From Dehalococcoidia bacterium (GTDB lineage Bacteria > Chloroflexota > Dehalococcoidia > GIF9 > UBA5629): a stretch of DNA of 64,000 nt. The stretch covers positions 224,001 through 288,000 of the forward strand of contig JBEKIW010000001.1 in NCBI GenBank assembly GCA_050011565.1. Direction: 5' to 3'. Of the stretch, positions 60,184-64,000 are shown piece by piece. How positions within the stretch are numbered: the first letter of the stretch is position 1; each line of letters opens with the position of its first letter. The position numbers and the translations under genes are program-made. Under the pieces are notes generated by a model. That model searched no databases, was not told the origin of the DNA, and saw only the letters and a program-made list of their open reading frames with translations.

Positions 60184-60280
60184 ATAATCGCATATAGGGG
60201 AGGCACTGTCAAGTATCTTATCCTATCAGGACTTTACTATAAACAGGACTATGGTACTATCAGGGTTGGTACCTTTGGGT
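60184..60280 (-). promoter_or_regulatory. Promoter plus operator block, copy 3
   Basis: TTGACA 60212-60207, 17 bp, TGn-GATTAT; shared upstream block. Confidence 0.7.
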
Positions 60281-60631
60281 GATATAGTGGGGTGAATGAG
60301 GTAGCGGCAGGGGTTTTAGCTCCGGCAGGCATGGATGATTTCAGTAGTATGTAGGGGTGGGGTTTTAACCCCGCCCGCGCGACCTTAAAAGGTCGCAATT
60401 ACATGTTTTGGTCATTAGTTGTTTGTGATTTGGAGCTTGGGATTTAGTGCTTGATAAGCTGAGCTTGTACATGAAGCATCTGCTCTCATCTGCCACCAAG
60501 CACACGTGTTTAACTGTCTACAGTACTATTTTGCCACGGGATTCGGTACCTTTGCGGGATTGTGTGATGAGATTGGATAGGGTAGAGTTAGTATAGGACG
60601 ACAACAGACAACTTTAGGGAGGTTTATTAAC

Positions 60632-60859
60632 ATGGCACGTCGTAATGGGAATGGTCTGCTGACCGCAAGACAGGTAGCTCGGCTTCTCAACGTGCATGTT
60701 AACACGGTGCGGCGATGGAATGACCGGGGAATACTAAAGGCGTACCGCATAGGTCCACGAGGCGACCGGAGATTCAACAAGGCAGATATCGATATGTTTC
60801 TTGCCGGAAACGGTCAGCCCGACAATGAGACCGAGGCTGCCCTGGTACTTGTTAGTTGA
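60632..60859 (+). CDS. Small MerR-like HTH (HTH_17; Xis/BldC-like) DNA-binding protein
   Basis: LLTARQVARLLNVHVNTVRRW...G.L...RIG.RGDRRF; GGAGG RBS. Confidence 0.85.
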   Translation: MARRNGNGLLTARQVARLLNVHVNTVRRWNDRGILKAYRIGPRGDRRFNKADIDMFLAGNGQPDNETEAALVLVS

Positions 60860-60932
60860 AGACACGAATTAGCGGAATATCTTTTTGCTTCACGCTGCGT
60901 TTAGGTACCAGATTGTAGCCAGCTCGGATTAA

Positions 60933-63900
60933 TTAGCTAAACCGCCTCCGTCTTATGAGCATCCATATAGCCAGCGCCAGTATTATGGCAGCGATAATGC
61001 CGCCGATAGGCCACCAGTTAATAGATGGCGGCCCGGCTACCACAAATTCGCCGGTCAGGCTGGCTATCTCTATCTGATATTTGCCGATAGCGTCTTCAGC
61101 TACAGTGAAACTCACTATCTGGTTTGCTCCAGCCCCAAGCGTTATCTGTTTGGTTGATTCGACCACACCATTGACTTTCAGTTCCACTGTATAATCTCCG
61201 CTGGTGCCGCCTGTGTTGGACACATTAACGCTGATGGTAACTTGCTGTGCGGGTTGGGTCTGAGTTGGGTTGATGTTTAATTTGCTTACTTCAAAGTTAG
61301 GTGCCACCTTTGCCAGCTTGGCCAGTAAAGTATCGGGTACGAAGTAGTTCAGCGTGCCGCGGGCTTGACCGACCTCGGCGACAACTCCCTCCGAGCCCAT
61401 GGCTAGCCAACCCTGGTTGGGATTGGGGTAGTAGGAGAGTAGCACCTCCGAGACATTCTTGGGCAGCTCATTGGGGTCATAAGCTGAAGACATAGTAAAT
61501 AGCGGAGAAATGGTAATCGGAGATGGAGTCAGTCCATTCAGGGAAGCATAAGCATTGATCTCGTAGGTAGGTCCGATTGTTTTTGCATTAACTGCTGGTG
61601 GTGACGAGCCAACCGTTGTTATTTTGATGAGTTGTGGTACCTTATTGCCTTCCAGAGTTAGTTTTGTTCCCTCTTTGGCTTCCCAGCTATTATGTTTTGG
61701 CGGGTCGAAAGCCAGACAATTTTCACAAAGGACTCCGTCTGAGGTCATTGTGGCTGTGGTTGTTTGGCCCAGCATATTTACCGTGAGCGTCAGTGGGCAG
61801 GCAGATGCTGTGGCTGTAGGGGCTGCCGCGGCAAGAACACTTGCGGGTATGCCACCTATACCGCCACCTCCGCCGCCACCACTGATGGGAGGGGGCATTG
61901 GCAAGTACATGTTTACGGAAACAGAAGCAGTGGCGCAGGTGTAGCATGTGGGAGCCTTGGCGGATATCGTGGCTGGGGACGAGTTGGTGCTGGAGGTGAA
62001 GACAGCAGTGGCGATGCCGCTGGTGGTGGTCTTGGGGCTTTCGATGGAACCTGTGTCCGTAGTAAAGATGATTTGGGTGCCATCAGGAATATGCCCTTGG
62101 GCTGAAGTATCCTGCCCATCAGAGTTCTTGGTCATGTCCGCGGTGATGACGGAGGTTGATACACCGTCTGCCGGGATGCTCGGCGGGTTGGCGCTCAGGT
62201 TGAGCACCAGCCAGGGGTCGTACGTGACGTTGTCTGACACCTTATCGCCGCTGCCCGGGCCGACGGCTCCAGGACCGTCATTGCAGCCCCACCAGTTATT
62301 GGTGGCGTCCAGAGTACCGATGCCAGCGTTGTTAGCGCCGTAAACCGTGTTGCAGACGATGTTGTTGAAGCTGGCGCTGACATTGGCAGCGTTAACTTCG
62401 GATTCAACCAGGATGCCATTACCATTGCTAGATAACATATTGCCCATAAGGGTGCTACCGGCGGCCACAGAGCCGAATAAGCGAATACCGTTTACCCAAG
62501 AAGAGACGGTATTGTTAGTGATGGTGGCCGCGATGCTTCCAGCTGCGTCGTTTGCAGAAGTATCGCCGATTATGATGCCGTCAGCCGATGTTGACCCACT
62601 TGTGAGCTGGTTATTATCTATGGTGATTGCTAGGGATGCACCGGCGACGTATGTTTGAGCCATAATCGCCGCTTCCTCCCACCCGGGGATGTCCTTTACG
62701 CCACTCACGGTATTGCCCACAAAGGAAACAGTGTATGAACCCGCCGTATAGTACTGAGCCCCCATAGGCTCTCGTCCCACCGTTCCGCCAGTCACTGTGT
62801 TAGCCTGCGCTGCAACGCTGCTATCCTGGGCTATGATCCCGAATTGGCAGTCAGTTATGATGTTGTTGTTGGCGGTGGAACCACCGCTGTTGTTAAAAAG
62901 GATGCCCGCGGCCCACCATGTTTCCGGGACATATTCAAGGTTGCTAATCGTATTATAATTCACCGTCGCTACAGCGGCCCAGCCGATATCAACGCCGTTC
63001 TGAACCTCGTCCCCGACAGGTAGAGGACCTCGCCCAGTAATCGTGTTGTGATGTATGTTGACGGTGAGCGTATTTCCCTTGGCGTTTATGCCCTCCTTGT
63101 CGAAGTTCGTGATTGTTGAACCTTTGACTTCCACAGAGACGGTGTTCGTTGCCGCTGAGAGATACATGCCATAGCCACGGTCTGAAGTAGAATCCAAAGC
63201 TCCTCCTCCAACCACACTGACAGTATCCATTGTGCCGCCGGTCTCACGGTAGAAGATACCGGCAAGGTAATCGGCTCCGGTCGGCATGGTGGTAACACTG
63301 CTTTCATCGACTTTCAGATTCTTCACCGTTACCGCGCTGCCATCGGAAACGTTGGCTACAATGATGCCGGCAATCTGCTTCGTGCCGCCACCCGCGGACA
63401 AGCCGCTGAACACCTGCGTGAGTATGGCAGCCGAAGAAGGCTTTACAATGGTAGTATCACCAGCACCCTGCAACGTCAGGCTCTTGTTTATCACTACCTG
63501 CTCATCATACGTCCCCGCCGCCACATTCACCGTGCTGCCAGCCACGGCATCGACGCCATCCTGGATAGTGGCGAAGGCATCATAGCCGAAGACGTGCCCA
63601 TCAACTATCTCACCCTCATATTTACCTGCCCAGTCATCGTCTACCCACACTTCCGTGGGAGTTCCCTGAACAGCCGCCACACCACCCCATGTCACAGTAC
63701 CGTCGCCAGCAGCATATTCCCAGTTCCCGACGAATACGAATGGATTGACCGCAGATTTATTTACGGCGGCTTCAGGTACATCCTGATATTGCGGCGCATC
63801 AAACATCTGGAACCACGTCATAGCCGCATTATTCAAAGGGTTGGTGGTCTTATGCACACGCTGAAACGCAGTAACCCGGAAACCATTGCCCGGCCCCAAG

Positions 63901-64000
63901 TCATGGAATATCATCTTAAAGTCAAATGTGTCGTACTCCGCATCGCCTGTGCAATGATATCCGCCATTCGCAAGTTGTGACCCTGCGTTCTGATACGGTG
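60933..64000 (-). CDS. Large membrane-anchored surface protein (parallel beta-helix, invasin-type Ig, Gly linker, shared anchor cassette); 5' end lies beyond the window
   Basis: TIQDGVDAV..GTYDEQVVINKSLTL beta-helix start, Asn-ladder repeats, DATNNWWG; frame stays open to position 64000. Confidence 0.78.
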   Translation of the reverse strand, partial: PYQNAGSQLANGGYHCTGDAEYDTFDFKMIFHDLGPGNGFRVTAFQRVHKTTNPLNNAAMTWFQMFDAPQYQDVPEAAVNKSAVNPFVFVGNWEYAAGDGTVTWGGVAAVQGTPTEVWVDDDWAGKYEGEIVDGHVFGYDAFATIQDGVDAVAGSTVNVAAGTYDEQVVINKSLTLQGAGDTTIVKPSSAAILTQVFSGLSAGGGTKQIAGIIVANVSDGSAVTVKNLKVDESSVTTMPTGADYLAGIFYRETGGTMDTVSVVGGGALDSTSDRGYGMYLSAATNTVSVEVKGSTITNFDKEGINAKGNTLTVNIHHNTITGRGPLPVGDEVQNGVDIGWAAVATVNYNTISNLEYVPETWWAAGILFNNSGGSTANNNIITDCQFGIIAQDSSVAAQANTVTGGTVGREPMGAQYYTAGSYTVSFVGNTVSGVKDIPGWEEAAIMAQTYVAGASLAITIDNNQLTSGSTSADGIIIGDTSANDAAGSIAATITNNTVSSWVNGIRLFGSVAAGSTLMGNMLSSNGNGILVESEVNAANVSASFNNIVCNTVYGANNAGIGTLDATNNWWGCNDGPGAVGPGSGDKVSDNVTYDPWLVLNLSANPPSIPADGVSTSVITADMTKNSDGQDTSAQGHIPDGTQIIFTTDTGSIESPKTTTSGIATAVFTSSTNSSPATISAKAPTCYTCATASVSVNMYLPMPPPISGGGGGGGIGGIPASVLAAAAPTATASACPLTLTVNMLGQTTTATMTSDGVLCENCLAFDPPKHNSWEAKEGTKLTLEGNKVPQLIKITTVGSSPPAVNAKTIGPTYEINAYASLNGLTPSPITISPLFTMSSAYDPNELPKNVSEVLLSYYPNPNQGWLAMGSEGVVAEVGQARGTLNYFVPDTLLAKLAKVAPNFEVSKLNINPTQTQPAQQVTISVNVSNTGGTSGDYTVELKVNGVVESTKQITLGAGANQIVSFTVAEDAIGKYQIEIASLTGEFVVAGPPSINWWPIGGIIAAIILALAIWMLIRRRRFS

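Noticed and set aside
59947-60282. 111-aa ORF (and the 64-aa ORF at 56308-56502)
   Set aside because: Antisense to riboswitch, promoter or leader sequence; no protein features
60632-60859. Excisionase marking a prophage or ICE
   Set aside because: No integrase, att site, phage or conjugation genes nearby; more likely a regulator

Overview
Chromosomal window from an anaerobic bacterium; gene content and repeat style suggest Dehalococcoidia/Chloroflexota (inference). The housekeeping backbone comprises rtcB-archease, tRNA-Lys, glgP, yebC-ruvC-ruvA, rmuC, uvrB, rlmB, ftsK, rnj, udg, rph and proBA. Two accessory loci stand out. (1) 22.7-30.3 kb is a self-contained Ser/Thr phospho-signalling circuit: three single-pass 'receptors' with cytoplasmic FHA domains, a sensor-less membrane kinase, a PP2C phosphatase, a Zn-ribbon-FHA protein and a divergent FHA-winged-helix regulator. 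Two promoters in it carry 4x 11-bp-spaced TGAC repeats at an identical distance from a -10 box. (2) 48.6-64 kb is a surface-protein locus in which three transcription units each start with a near-identical promoter, a c-di-GMP-II-like riboswitch and a terminator. It encodes a large adhesin and a small secreted protein sharing an unknown C-terminal domain, a membrane-anchored partner, and three proteins with a common anchor cassette carrying an HFS autoproteolysis-like motif. I read this as a candidate novel c-di-GMP-gated, donor-strand-type fibre (hypothesis). Also present: a displaced diverged uvrB 3' end flanking an AOR-moaD insertion, a low-GC orphan ATPase, a TA pair and several REP-like repeat families. 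All calls come from motif reading; no database searches were run.
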